Shown: positions 52,977 to 64,000 of the stretch, in pieces | Layout of the letters: each line of letters begins with the position of its first letter | How positions within the stretch are numbered: the stretch's first letter is position 1 | Assembly: GCA_964016885.1 (NCBI GenBank) | Contig: OZ024742.1 | Span: forward strand, 276,272,001-276,336,000 | DNA length: 64,000 nt | Source of the DNA: Eledone cirrhosa | Taxonomy: Eukaryota | Direction: 5' to 3' | Translations under genes and position numbers: made by a program | Notes under the pieces: generated by a model | What the model saw: the letters and a program-made list of their open reading frames with translations, nothing else | Told to the model about the DNA's origin: nothing | Database searches by the model: none

Positions 52977-54271
52977 TTAAGCATGTAGACATGGCTGAGT
53001 GGTTAACCATGTAATTTCAAGTTCAATCCTATTGGTAACTTTTACTCTAATAAAGCTTCTGGCCAACCAATGTCTTGTGAGTGAATTTGATAGATTGAAA
53101 CTGTGCAAAACCCGTCCTGTGAGTCTTCACATTTGATATTGCTGGCACAGACATTTATATTTGTTTATATCCCACAGAAACAAAAGTCTCACAGCTCAGT
53201 GGTTAGATGTATAAAGATCAGTACCATCAATTAGAAAATAAAAAACAGCTGGAATTAGAAGAACATCTGTCCATAGAATTTTGCCCCAAAAGGTCTCATC
53301 CAACCCGTGCCAGTATGGAAAAATGGGTTCAAAAACTATAACAATGTTAAGTGTTATTTTTTTTTCCGTTTTATAGAGTTCAAAAATTTATTTAAATTTT
53401 TGGGGGGGGTTTTTGTTTAAAGCTAACATCTACATTAAAGAAAAAATGGTGTTTTCTATTGAATAAAAGATTTTATCAGTAATAATTAACCTATTATGTG
53501 ATTGTCAAAGCTATGTAAGAATCTAATTCCAAGATAACTGTAATCTCAAGAGTTCAAAAGGAATTATTTACCAAAAAATAAATAAAAACAAATACAAACC
53601 AGGAAAAGAAATGCATTATTTACATAACAGAAATAGAAAAAGAAATGGAGAATGTATGGGAAAAAAGGCTATTTTAAATTTAACTAAATGCTATAGGTTT
53701 GATGTTTAAAAATCATTTCAAAATGATTTTACTCAATCCTCTCCTTTCCTCCTCTGTATGTTTTTCTCTCTCTCAAACACACACACATACTTATGTTGTT
53801 TGACACAACCTCTTATCAATTCCAAGTGTTTCTTATTACCAATGCATTCAAAGAACTAAGTACTATTCTTTAAAAATGTTTGTTTTGTTGTTGTTTTTTA
53901 AATAAATATATCTTTCAAAAGAAACTTGATACAACAGATATGTACTAAATAAACAGCTGTGTTTTTATACAAAGGCATTTTCAAATATATTAAATTACTA
54001 CCAACAGACAGACACTCACGACCTATGGCTGGACGAAAATGTATAAGTAACCTTAACCTATGAGATAAGATTTTAATTCTAACTTGGGAAATATGTCTAA
54101 AAACAAATAGATGTAAATTTAAAAAAGATTAAAATATAAAATATGCTACACTTGAGGATTTTTCTTTCTTACAAAGATTTTTTGTTTTTTATTCTCTTTT
54201 TCTCCTCTAAAATAAATTGAAAGATTTTTATATTTTAACAAATTTTTACTAAAAGGAAAATAATATCTACA

Positions 54272-55021
54272 TTAAGGATGCACCAATAAGCAAATGAGTC
54301 AATTACCAGTTAATCGGTCTTGCCTTGTAGGCCAATACTGATTACTCGGTTGTTGATTATTTATAGTGTAATTATGTACTGTGATATGAAAATACATAGT
54401 ATAATTAATTGTAATAAGTTATAATATTTCATAGTTAATCACAATTAATAAGCTACTATTTGAGAGCACATGACAAAATTTGGCTGATTTTACCATAGGA
54501 GGTAACATATATGAGCCATCAAGAAATTTTAAAGTTTTTGCATTAAAATTTATTACTGGAAAAATGTTTGAATACCTTAAAAATAAACAAGTAATTGGAA
54601 TCTTTATAATTCTTAAGTTTTTAAAAGATTAATTAAACATTATCCACTCAGGTGGGTAGGAAGGTCTCTATTCTACTTTGACACCCTTTAACCTACAAGG
54701 AGTTACACCCCCTTACTTCCTTAAATCAGCACAGATCATTCAAGCACAAGGGTCAGCGTTATATTACACCGGTGGGCTTAGATTGTATGCCCTAAGAAAT
54801 AATATATGTATTTCTACATGTTGATTCCAATGTGTTTTACAAATTTCACTATCATCTATGGTTTTCTTGCTCCAGCATACATGCTTATCAATAATGGTAA
54901 AAAATACTGATGGTCAATTATCAAAATCAATTAATCAGTAAGAAAAAACAATATCAATTATTTGGCAAAATGGTCAATATCACCAATACTGATTATCTGC
55001 TGATTAATCGGTGCAACCATA
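54272..55021. mobile_element. Probable hAT-type non-autonomous DNA transposon
   Basis: Imperfect TIRs TAAGGATGCACCAATAA ... TTAATCGGTGCAACCATA and subterminal CCAATACTGATTA repeats. Confidence 0.45.
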
Positions 55022-56011
55022 ATCCACATGATAATCTTTTAATGCCAAAAATCTAAATTTAAATTCATTATAGATTAATACAAACAAAGCTGGACTCAAA
55101 ATTCATTAGCATATTGTGAGAAGCTTTTCAGTGGAACAAATCTTTAAACAGCTAGATGCCCTTCTCATATAAGTGAACCTGGATTTTTTTTTCACGGAAA
55201 CAAACTAAATTATGGTACGTGCACCAGGGAGTGCTATTATAGTCCTCATTTTAAAATCGCCCCCAAAAAACAATTTTCAAGAGTGTTCTACTTATTGATA
55301 ATAGTCATTAACCCTTTTGTGACCATCAGCTACTGCTCATACTATTTTTTCTTTTTTTTCTAGCTGAGTGAACTGGAGCAATGTGAAATGAAGCATCTTG
55401 TGCAAAGACACAAAGTACTGACCACTCCAGGAATCAAACCCTCAACATTATAAACCTTACTTCTAGAACCATTTGGTTGTACCCCTGATTAAATCACATA
55501 ACACTGTTCACACCAGTTTGCCTGAATTACAATACATGTGGTACATATTCTTCCTTGTTGAATGGCTATCAGTAAGAAGTGTATCAGATTGCAATAGCCA
55601 ACAATAACTCAAAAAACAAAAACAAATCAAAATCATCTCACTTATGCAGCCATGAAAAAAAAGGCTGTTAAGGTTAGTTATTTAATGAGAACAAAAGCTC
55701 AGTTGTTTCATAAAAGACAAGTATTATATTTGAAAAAGGTTATAAATTCATTCTTTGCTAATAAATGTTTAAAATCAACATTGAAAAAAAACAAATTCAT
55801 TTACAAATGAGATTTGATGGATGAACAAGCAACTTGAAATGCTTGGAAGTGGAAAGCTCAAGAAACTAGGGATAGGCCAGGATAGATCAGATATAGTTAT
55901 ACTTTAGAAGTTTAGATCTTCTACATGAGATAACACAGGACTAAGAGGCACAGAAGATATATTGTATGACAGACCTGCCAACTGATATTAAGTAGATGGT
56001 GTTGATGACAA

Positions 56012-56196
56012 TAATAATTGTTTCTACTTTTGGCACCAGGCCAGCAATTATCCCAGTACATTACTGGTACTTTATTTTATCGACCCCGTAAGGATGAAAG
56101 GCAAAGTTAACCTCGGCGGGATTTGAACTCAGATCATAAAGGGAGGTAACTCTATGCTTCAAAGCATGGCGCCCGACCCTCCACCGATACTGCCAA
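56012..56196 (-). mobile_element. SINE family 1, full length
   Basis: Near-identical reverse complement of the 5255 copy. Confidence 0.88.
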
Positions 56197-56375
56197 AATA
56201 ATGAACATAGATAGAGTTCGTTCAAAGTAAGTTAGCATAAAAATACTATTTCTAACAAAGACATAAGGCTATATTTGACTGGTATTTTATTTAACCCTTT
56301 TATTACCATATTTCTAAAGAAAGACACTGCCTATGATTTTCAAATAATCAAGAATATAACTAATTTTCTCATTAC

Positions 56376-56660
56376 TTGGAGACTTCTGGTGTCCTTGGCC
56401 CTAGGGCTACCGCCCTACTCACCACCATAGGCACTGAGCTGGCCAGCTGCAGGTGTGAGCCTTGCAAGTTGGAATGTCTCTTCCAGCGCATCTCCCTTAA
56501 CATCCTCTGGGGAAACGCCTTCTCCATTCTGTCTGCCGGAGCTGTGGGGAGGCCAACACGTGGGACCCCATTTACTCACCATACAGAGAGATGGGAGGGC
56601 AAGAGAGATGGAGGCAGTGACAGTGGGAGTTCGGCTCTTCCACGTTCGGACCATATCCTT
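56376..56660 (+). mobile_element. CRE-like retrotransposon 3' fragment nested in a TTAA MITE
   Basis: ETSGVLGP...LFQRISLNILWGNAFSILS (QRISxAIQRGNA motif); MITE halves at 56291-56375 and 56670-56931. Confidence 0.6.
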
Positions 56661-57277
56661 GTGGTTGTGTTTATTAAGCAGTTAATGTGGCTATTTAAGT
56701 AAACTGATATTTAGTGATAATAGTTACCCACTCATAAGTTGAAATGTTAGAAAACAGATAGTCATATAAGTATAAACAGGTCAATTGAAAGTTGATGTTT
56801 GGAACATAACAAAAGTTTTTACATAAAATTATGATGGAAAGTTTTTAGGCAAATATAAACATTTTAAAACAAACAATTTTGTATCATAAAACCAGTGGTG
56901 GTTTCAGTTGATTTGATATCAAAACAGTTAATTGACCCCTGAAGTATGTTGCAGCAGGTGTCTCAGGTCATTCTCCACAGTAATGCCTTTGTCATTTTGT
57001 CTGTTGGGGTGCAGCTGAGGCACCACTCAGACTAGAGTGAAGTTCCTGTTTCTCCCTCAATCCCTTTCTTTCATTGCTTAATCCTTTTTTTCTTTTTCTT
57101 CTTTTCATTTCCTGGGGGTTTTTTTCTTCCCTTTTTTGCTCGCTTTAATAGTGTGTTTTCTTTTTATTAGATACGGCTCAATTATTTTTATATAATGTCA
57201 ACAGTTTCTCATGACATTGTGAGATTTTGTATATTGAATATCTTTGTTTTTCATTTCCATTATTAAATAAAGAACTA

Positions 57278-57565
57278 AGGGCGATGGATTGGCATTATCG
57301 GTAGTGTGTGGGACACCATGCTGCTTTATGGCATAGTTACGTCCCTTTATGTCCTGAGTTCAATTCCCGCTGAGGTTAGCTTTGCCTTTCATCCTCACGG
57401 CATCAATAAAATAAAGTAGCAGTCACACACTGGGGTTGATTTAATCAACTCTCCCCTCCCCCAAAATTGCTGGCCTTGTGCCTAAATCTGGGGTCGATAA
57501 AATAAAGTACCAGTAATGCACTGGGTAATTGCTGGCCTTGTGCTAAACGTAGAAACAATTATTAT
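57278..57565 (+). mobile_element. SINE family 1 long-tail copy followed by a second young 3' half
   Basis: Two successive core/tail segments. Confidence 0.75.
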
Positions 57566-57834
57566 TAAATAAAGAAATCATTATTATTAAACCACTGGCC
57601 AATAAGAGAAATTATTATTAATTTAAAAAAAACAAGTCAAATTGGCCTTGCTTTATCATTAGTCCGTTGTAGGGATAAAAGGCAGACCTTGGTAAGATTT
57701 GAACTAAGAACTTATAAATGGAGTAAGCTAAATATTCTATTGATTTGGGCAAACTTACTGCAATCTCTTTAACCATTTTGATACCAAACTGACCCAGACA
57801 CACCTGTTTTTATGAAAGGGTTCTTCAAACATAA

Positions 57835-58368
57835 TCTCCTTATTATATATAACCAGCAATTTCTCTGTTTGTCTGTCTGTCCAACAGTGGAAACACGTGC
57901 GCGCAAATGTTTTTTGCGCACACGTAGAGAGAGAGTGAGAGTGAAAGAAAGAAACAGACTACGAGAAGGGGATTGCGGGAGGGAGAGAGGGAGAGAGAGA
58001 GAGAGTGAATAGACGCTAAAACACGTGCGCGCGTGCGAATGTTTTTTGCGCACGCGTAGAGAGAGAGTGAGAGTGAAAGAAAGAGAAAGACTACAAGAAG
58101 GGGGTAGCGGGAGGGAGAGAGGGGGAATTGAGAAGTGCTACAGAAACATATATACATTTCTGTGTGTGTGTAATATATATATATATATACACACACAGAA
58201 ATATATATATATACACACAGAAATATATATATATACACACAGAAATATATATACATTTCTGTGTGTGTAATATATATATATATACACACAGAAATATATA
58301 TACATTTCTGTGTGTGTAATATATATATATACTAGCAGAAAACCACCCGGTGGGCGGTTTTCTGCTAG
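57835..58368 (+). mobile_element. Non-autonomous Helitron A
   Basis: 5' A|TC followed by TATATATAA...GTCTGTCTGT; internal ~130-bp duplication; ends in a palindrome and CTAG. Confidence 0.65.
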
Positions 58369-58933
58369 TCTATATATATAAAACTGAGGATGTCTGTCTG
58401 CGTGTGTGTGAGTTTGAATCCCTAAAACTAGAGAACCACCCAACCGACTGTTTTCAAACTTTACACATGTAATACTTATGTTTCAGGGAGTGTTCTGAGC
58501 AAAAAAAAATTTCAAATTTTCAATGCCCTAGGAACCGCATTAGGCGATTTAGCGATCTCTCTCTATAATTCTTAGTCTTTCTCTTTTTAGGTAGATACAT
58601 ATATATAACGTCGCGCCCTTATAATATCTGTCTGCATTATGTCACTTCCTACAATTCGCTCTGCATCCAGAACACGCCCTTATAATATCTATCTGTATGT
58701 CTGGCTGTCTGCTGCCTCCGGTTATTCTGCCACCCTTGCTCAAGACAAATCTCACACTCATTTCCCAAACAGCACAACTTCTTCCTCACGTTTTAAGCCA
58801 CAGTGTTGCTTACTTACGTACCACCAGACCCTTACTTCTTTGCCAGCCATGGTTGTGGCAATACTAAGCTTAGCTAAGGCGGTTATATATTTCACAATAC
58901 CTTATCCCATGCAACGCCGGGTACCACTGCTAG
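58369..58933 (+). mobile_element. Non-autonomous Helitron B
   Basis: 5' TCTATATATATAAAA...TGTCTGTCTG; 3' CCCATGCAACGCCGGG...CTAG|T, similar to the 24376 terminus. Confidence 0.8.
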
Positions 58934-59035
58934 TTTGATATAAAAAAAAACTTTTGTTGTGTTACTAATACCATCCTGCATCTACATCATCATCATTTAT
59001 ATATTAATTTTCTATATTGGTTTAGCTGGAGTATA

Positions 59036-59470
59036 TCTAAACTATAATAAAGGAATGAGTGCGGGACAGCATCCAGAATATATTTTTTTATCCCATTTGT
59101 AAAATAAGTTGGATTACTTTGAATAAATAATGAATGAATATTACATAATTTATCTACTAAATTTCGTTATTCTTGATTAAATATAAATGATTTTGTCGCT
59201 TATTTTAAGATTCACTTCTTTAAAATTTTCAAATGTCAACACTTCCGGTTAGCAATCGCTTAAATAAACAGTCATATATTTCCGCCAATGGATTATGTTA
59301 CTGATTACATAAGACAGTGTAACACAGTCTTCGTTCAATTTCTGTGTATATTGTCAATTACGATTTTATTTTATGTATCATATCTACATGTATATATACT
59401 TGTGTATAATATCAATATGCACACTACACAGGTTAGCAGAAAACCACCAGAAGGGTGGTTTTTCTGTTAA
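59036..59470 (+). mobile_element. Probable non-autonomous Helitron C (decayed)
   Basis: A|TCTAAACTATAATAAAGG start; ends in a decayed copy of the Helitron A terminal palindrome. Confidence 0.5.
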
Positions 59471-59784
59471 TATATTTAATATATTTTACAGCTTGATGAA
59501 ATATTTCACTTGTAATTTTTCCTTGGACATTAATGACAAGTAATAAACTGTCAACCTATCCAACAGAGACCAGCCGAGCTCATGGATGTTATCCAACCAT
59601 CTTGCTTGGAGTCTACCCCTGGGTCTCTTGCCAGTTGGTTTTGCCCAAAAAATCTGTCCAGTGTTTAAATACAGAATTAAAAATAAAAATCATTCACTCC
59701 ACCACATAACTGAAATATTTTGAAAATTCTATTATTTGAAAATTTACTATGGCTAACAGTTGACTGTATCCATTTGGTATTCAT

Positions 59785-60167
59785 AATAATGGTTTCTACT
59801 TTTAAGCACAAGGCCAGCAATTTGAAGGGGTGCGGGGAAAGTCGATTAAATCAACCCCAGTGCAACTGGTAATTTATTTTATCGACCCCATAAGGATGAA
59901 AGATAAAGTCAACTTCAGCGAGATTTGAACTCAGAACGCAAAGGGACCTAACTATGCTGCAAAACATGGTGTCCAGTGCTCTACCGATTCTGTCAATCCA
60001 CCGGCCTTTAGTATTCATAATAATTGTTTCTACTTTTGGCACAAGGCCAGCTATTACCCCCAGAGTATTACTGTACTTTATTTTATTGACCCTGTAGTTA
60101 ACCTCAGCGGGATTTGAACTCAGAATGCTTCAAAGCATGGCGTCTGACCCTCTACCGATACTGCCAA
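59785..60167 (-). mobile_element. Two tandem family 1 SINEs (long-tail copy and deleted young copy)
   Basis: Two tails, two B boxes and two heads on the minus strand. Confidence 0.8.
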
Positions 60168-61004
60168 ATTCATAAAAATAATTTCCTGTTAGATATGTTG
60201 AAGTATTCATATAGAAATAACAAAGTGATGAAAAAAGGTACCTCTATGCTTGGCCTGTTAGAAATAGCAGCTAAATATCCCTCAAATCACATTCTACTGG
60301 CTTTAAAATATTCAGAAAGAGGGGAATGACTGGAATATTTTTCATCATAGTTTTGCTTGACCAGAACTGACCTGGAATTAAACAGCAACTAAGTAAAATC
60401 TGGTTGTATGATTTGATAAATGCTTACCTGATATCAAAAGTAACACATGGCTGCAAAACTGGATATATGATCAGTTTTAACAAACAATATTTTTATTTAT
60501 AGCTACTGGATTCATTTGCTAAAGAGTTAACATATCTTCACTTTCTAAGATATGTAAGTCTGTCCTAAATAGGATTTTTGTGATCTTTTAAACAATCCAG
60601 CCATATAATCAGTTTTATTTATTTTATATGCATAGGCAAGAATCATAAAGTATAACTTTTAGTGTATATGTAAGTTTTATGTATTTCCTGGCTCAGCAAA
60701 TTATCATAAAATTTGTTAGATCTTACACTGTTCACTAAGCAAGCCTTTTGTGTCTCTATTTTTTCAAAGGTTGACATTTGTTTCAAGGGATTGTCTAAGC
60801 TACATATCTTGTAACATTTTAATGATTCTTTCTGAAATTCAGCATCATATTTTTTCTTGCTTTTTATTTTTTGAATGATATAGTTAAAAAAAAAAACGAA
60901 ATTTTCTATTTGATTTAGAATTCTTTACCTAAGCAGCTTTTATTTGAAAAAAATAGTTAACTAAGGTGTATTCTGGGCAACAGTTATTTATAAATACAAA
61001 TAAT

Positions 61005-61110
61005 TGTTTCTACTTTTGGCACAAGGCCAGCAATTATCCAGTGCATTACTGGTACTTCATTTTATCGACCACGGAAGGATGAAAGGCAAAGTTAACCTCG
61101 GCGGGATTTG
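61005..61110 (-). mobile_element. SINE family 1, 5'-truncated at the B box
   Basis: 13-bp TSD AAATACAAATAAT at 60992-61004 and 61111-61123. Confidence 0.85.
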
Positions 61111-62015
61111 AAATACAAATAATAGTAGTTTCTAACATAGGCACAACGCCAGAACATAAGGGGTTAAATTGATGCCAATACTTGACTAATACTTTATTTT
61201 ATTTTGTTTACCCTTGAATTTTGAAGGGCAAAGTTGACCTCTATAGAGCTTGAACTTAAAATGTAAAAAGGTGGAACTAATACTACAAAGTATTTTTTCT
61301 CATGCTTTATTGATTTTGCCAACCCTCAACTCTATACAAATAATAATATTTGCATTTTCAATTGTAACACTATATAAAAGTACTATTTCACTCCTTTCTC
61401 TGTGTCGTTCTCAACTTCCTATCTAACCCTTTTGATATTAACCCAGCTAAAACCAGCTTTAGTTCTATGAAACATAACAACCTATTATAACAGCTTCCTA
61501 TTTAATTTGAAATCTTTCAACATGATTTTATATAAGTGCTCAGCCCACACTGTAAAGTGGTCGTGTAAGCATCACAATAAAAAGCACACACTATAAATGT
61601 GGTTGGTGTTAGGAAGGGCATCCAGCCATAGAAACCAAGCCAAAATCAGTTCTGTGTGAGCGAAAGGGAGAGATCTCTCACAAAGGAACAGCCTGTCCTA
61701 CTCATGCTCGTGTGGAAAATAAATGTTAAATGATGATGATGATGATGAACCATATGTCAAGTTAACATCTTAGTTATGGAATAATTAATAATTTAAGTAA
61801 ATCCTCAAAATTCTTCATTAATTAACTGAAATAGAGTCATGAAAGGATCAATAATTTGTTTTTATGGAGAACACTGATCAAGCAAGTCTACAAGGTTTTT
61901 CCAGCTATGACCTTTCCATATTGCCAGGACTACATGCTCTTTTTTAAGACATTAAGCTGTGATTTGCAAAGAAGTCGAGTCTCTTTCATTGGCTCAATCT
62001 AGAAGTATGTAATTG

Positions 62016-62498
62016 TTTAACCCTTTTGTTACCATATTTCTAATAAAAGACCCTGCTCGTGATTTTCGAATAATTTTGAAATAATCCAGTATTTGGAGGG
62101 ATTTAGTAATATTACCAAATTTGTCATTATTAAGCTGGTCTTTGGAGTATAAGTTAACCCTTTAGTTACAAACCTGGCCAAAACCAGCTCTGCTTCTATG
62201 AAATAAAACCACCTATTTTAAAGGTTTCCAATTTAAATTAAAATTTTCCAACATAATTTTATATAACAACCTTACATTAAGTTACTATCTTAGTAATAAA
62301 ATAATTCATAATTTTAGTAAATCCCTCAAACGTCTTCATTAATTAATTAAATTAGAGTATATTTTATTAAAATATGATTATGAATGAGTTAAAAGTTCTT
62401 AAATAAAATAATAATGGATGTGATAATAATAAACATCTAAACAAAAAGGAGTTTTGTATTGTAGAACCGGGTGGGCAGTTTGATATCAAAAGGGTTAA
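62016..62498. mobile_element. Nested TTAA MITEs (second family)
   Basis: TTAACCCTTTTGTTACC ... GATATCAAAAGGGTTAA with an inner inverted copy starting at TTAACCCTTT near 62153. Confidence 0.6.
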
Positions 62499-63794
62499 AG
62501 TTCTACTTACAAATCAAAGTTAGATCCACTGGAAAAAAAATCAAACAAATTTAATTGCTCAAGATATAGATGACTGTTCAATATTTTTAAAGCTAGAAAT
62601 GCTGATGGAATTCAATTATTTTTGTGCTTAGATATAATACCCCAGGTAATTTCCCTTGGACTTTCCATTGCTGATACTATTTAGTGGTCACAAATCCTGG
62701 CAGAAGGAAGTGGAATTTGAACACAAAACATGCAGGTTTAGATCAGATACCACAAAGCCGCTCATCTGACTATTTAACAATTCTGCTTATCCACTGCCCT
62801 TGTACTTGTACTTTATTTATTGAGTGTGTAAAGGATGAGAGGCAGTTTCCCTCAATGGAATTTGAGTACAGGAAGCTGGAACAAATTCCTAGGCACCTAA
62901 TCCAATGCTCTAGTAACCCTGCCAATTTGCCAACCCATAAAAAGTATGGTTTTGTTTCTCTGTAAAAAAAACTATTATTATCATAATTGCTATTTCTAAC
63001 AGCATTGTTAGTGGTAATAATTTCTGAACAGATCCTCGACCAAAGCAATTGAAGAAAGATTCAGATTTGTTTCTTGTGCAAAGGAAAGTGTAATTATTCT
63101 ATACAGCTCGACACTTTTATCAATGAATAATGTATCTGGAGCAGTGGCATTTGATTCTGAATATTTTATGGATCTTTGATATTATTCCTAGTTTGCCTCT
63201 TCAGCATTATTGGTTTAACAGTTCACTTTTTCCCATGCTGTTATGGGTTGAACTAATTAAGTGCATGCAATAAATAAATTGGCTATATTATCTGAATCAA
63301 GTATACAAACAGCCATATCTTCATTTATATATAAGTTAATCAACTCTTTTAGGACTATAATTTAAATGAATTTAAATGACTATCATTTATCATCATTAGT
63401 TTTGTTTGTTTTTCCATGATGACATTGGTTGCACAAAATATTTTAAGGCAGAATTATACTGTTGGCTACTCTTCCTTATTCCAACCCTTGTTATTTTTAG
63501 GAAGCTATGTAGCCGGTAAGAGTGTCAGACACCATGAGTTGTAACAAGTTAAGACAATTTTTAAGACAATTTGAAATCTTTTCCACCATCGATTGATAAA
63601 AAAACAAGTTAAAATCATTTAGTTGTCCATTTGTAATATATGTTACGCTTTAGTTAAATACACACACACACATCTACATGTAAATACATAAACAGAAGGA
63701 AAGGGCTGGTGAAATGATATAGTGATGTGTGTTGCCTTTTTTTATAGTTTACATAGCCTATTCGTTTTTTTGTTAACCCTTTTATTACCATAGG

Positions 63795-64000
63795 TGATCT
63801 AATTAGCAGTGGAGGAGGGTAGAAGATGGAAGAAGTTTTGAGAGCTACACCTTATGCTGACAACGAAAGCTTTCTCCATACAAACGAAAAGACAACTGTA
63901 TGATGCCTGTATGCAAAGTGTGATGCTGCATGGTAGTGAGGCATAGGCAGTGACTGCAGAGAATATGCCACAGTTGAAGAGAAATGAAGAAACCATGCTT
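63795..64000 (+). mobile_element. RTE LINE C-terminal fragment (continues out of window)
   Basis: RWKKF*ELHLMLTTKAFS...QLYDACMQSVMLHGSEA matches the RTE C-terminus. Confidence 0.75.

Overview
AT-rich, repeat-dense eukaryotic DNA, most likely from an octopod cephalopod (inferred from the SINE families, RTE 3' ends and the 5S sequence). The only host gene I can support is a type I BMP/TGF-beta receptor (BMPR1/thickveins-like) on the minus strand. Three exons (15130-15305, 4133-4253, 233-341) splice in phase to give a 10-cysteine ectodomain with the CCx5CN box and a transmembrane helix. The GS and kinase exons lie left of the window, and the signal-peptide exon was not confidently found. The rest is intron or upstream sequence filled with CR1, RTE, Tx1, CRE-like and Penelope-like retroelement remains, Helitrons, a mariner fragment, TTAA MITEs, many tRNA-derived SINEs and a 49-bp minisatellite. 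The most interesting observations are: (1) a near-complete 5S rRNA fused to a SINE 3' half, flanked by one target-site duplication; (2) SINE 5' truncations recurring at the B box; (3) a 49-bp minisatellite that appears to be amplified from a SINE head; (4) a candidate in-frame micro-exon and a candidate alternative terminal exon inside the ectodomain intron; (5) head-to-tail Helitrons sharing a palindromic CTAG terminus. TE boundaries were read by eye and are approximate unless a TSD or terminus is quoted.
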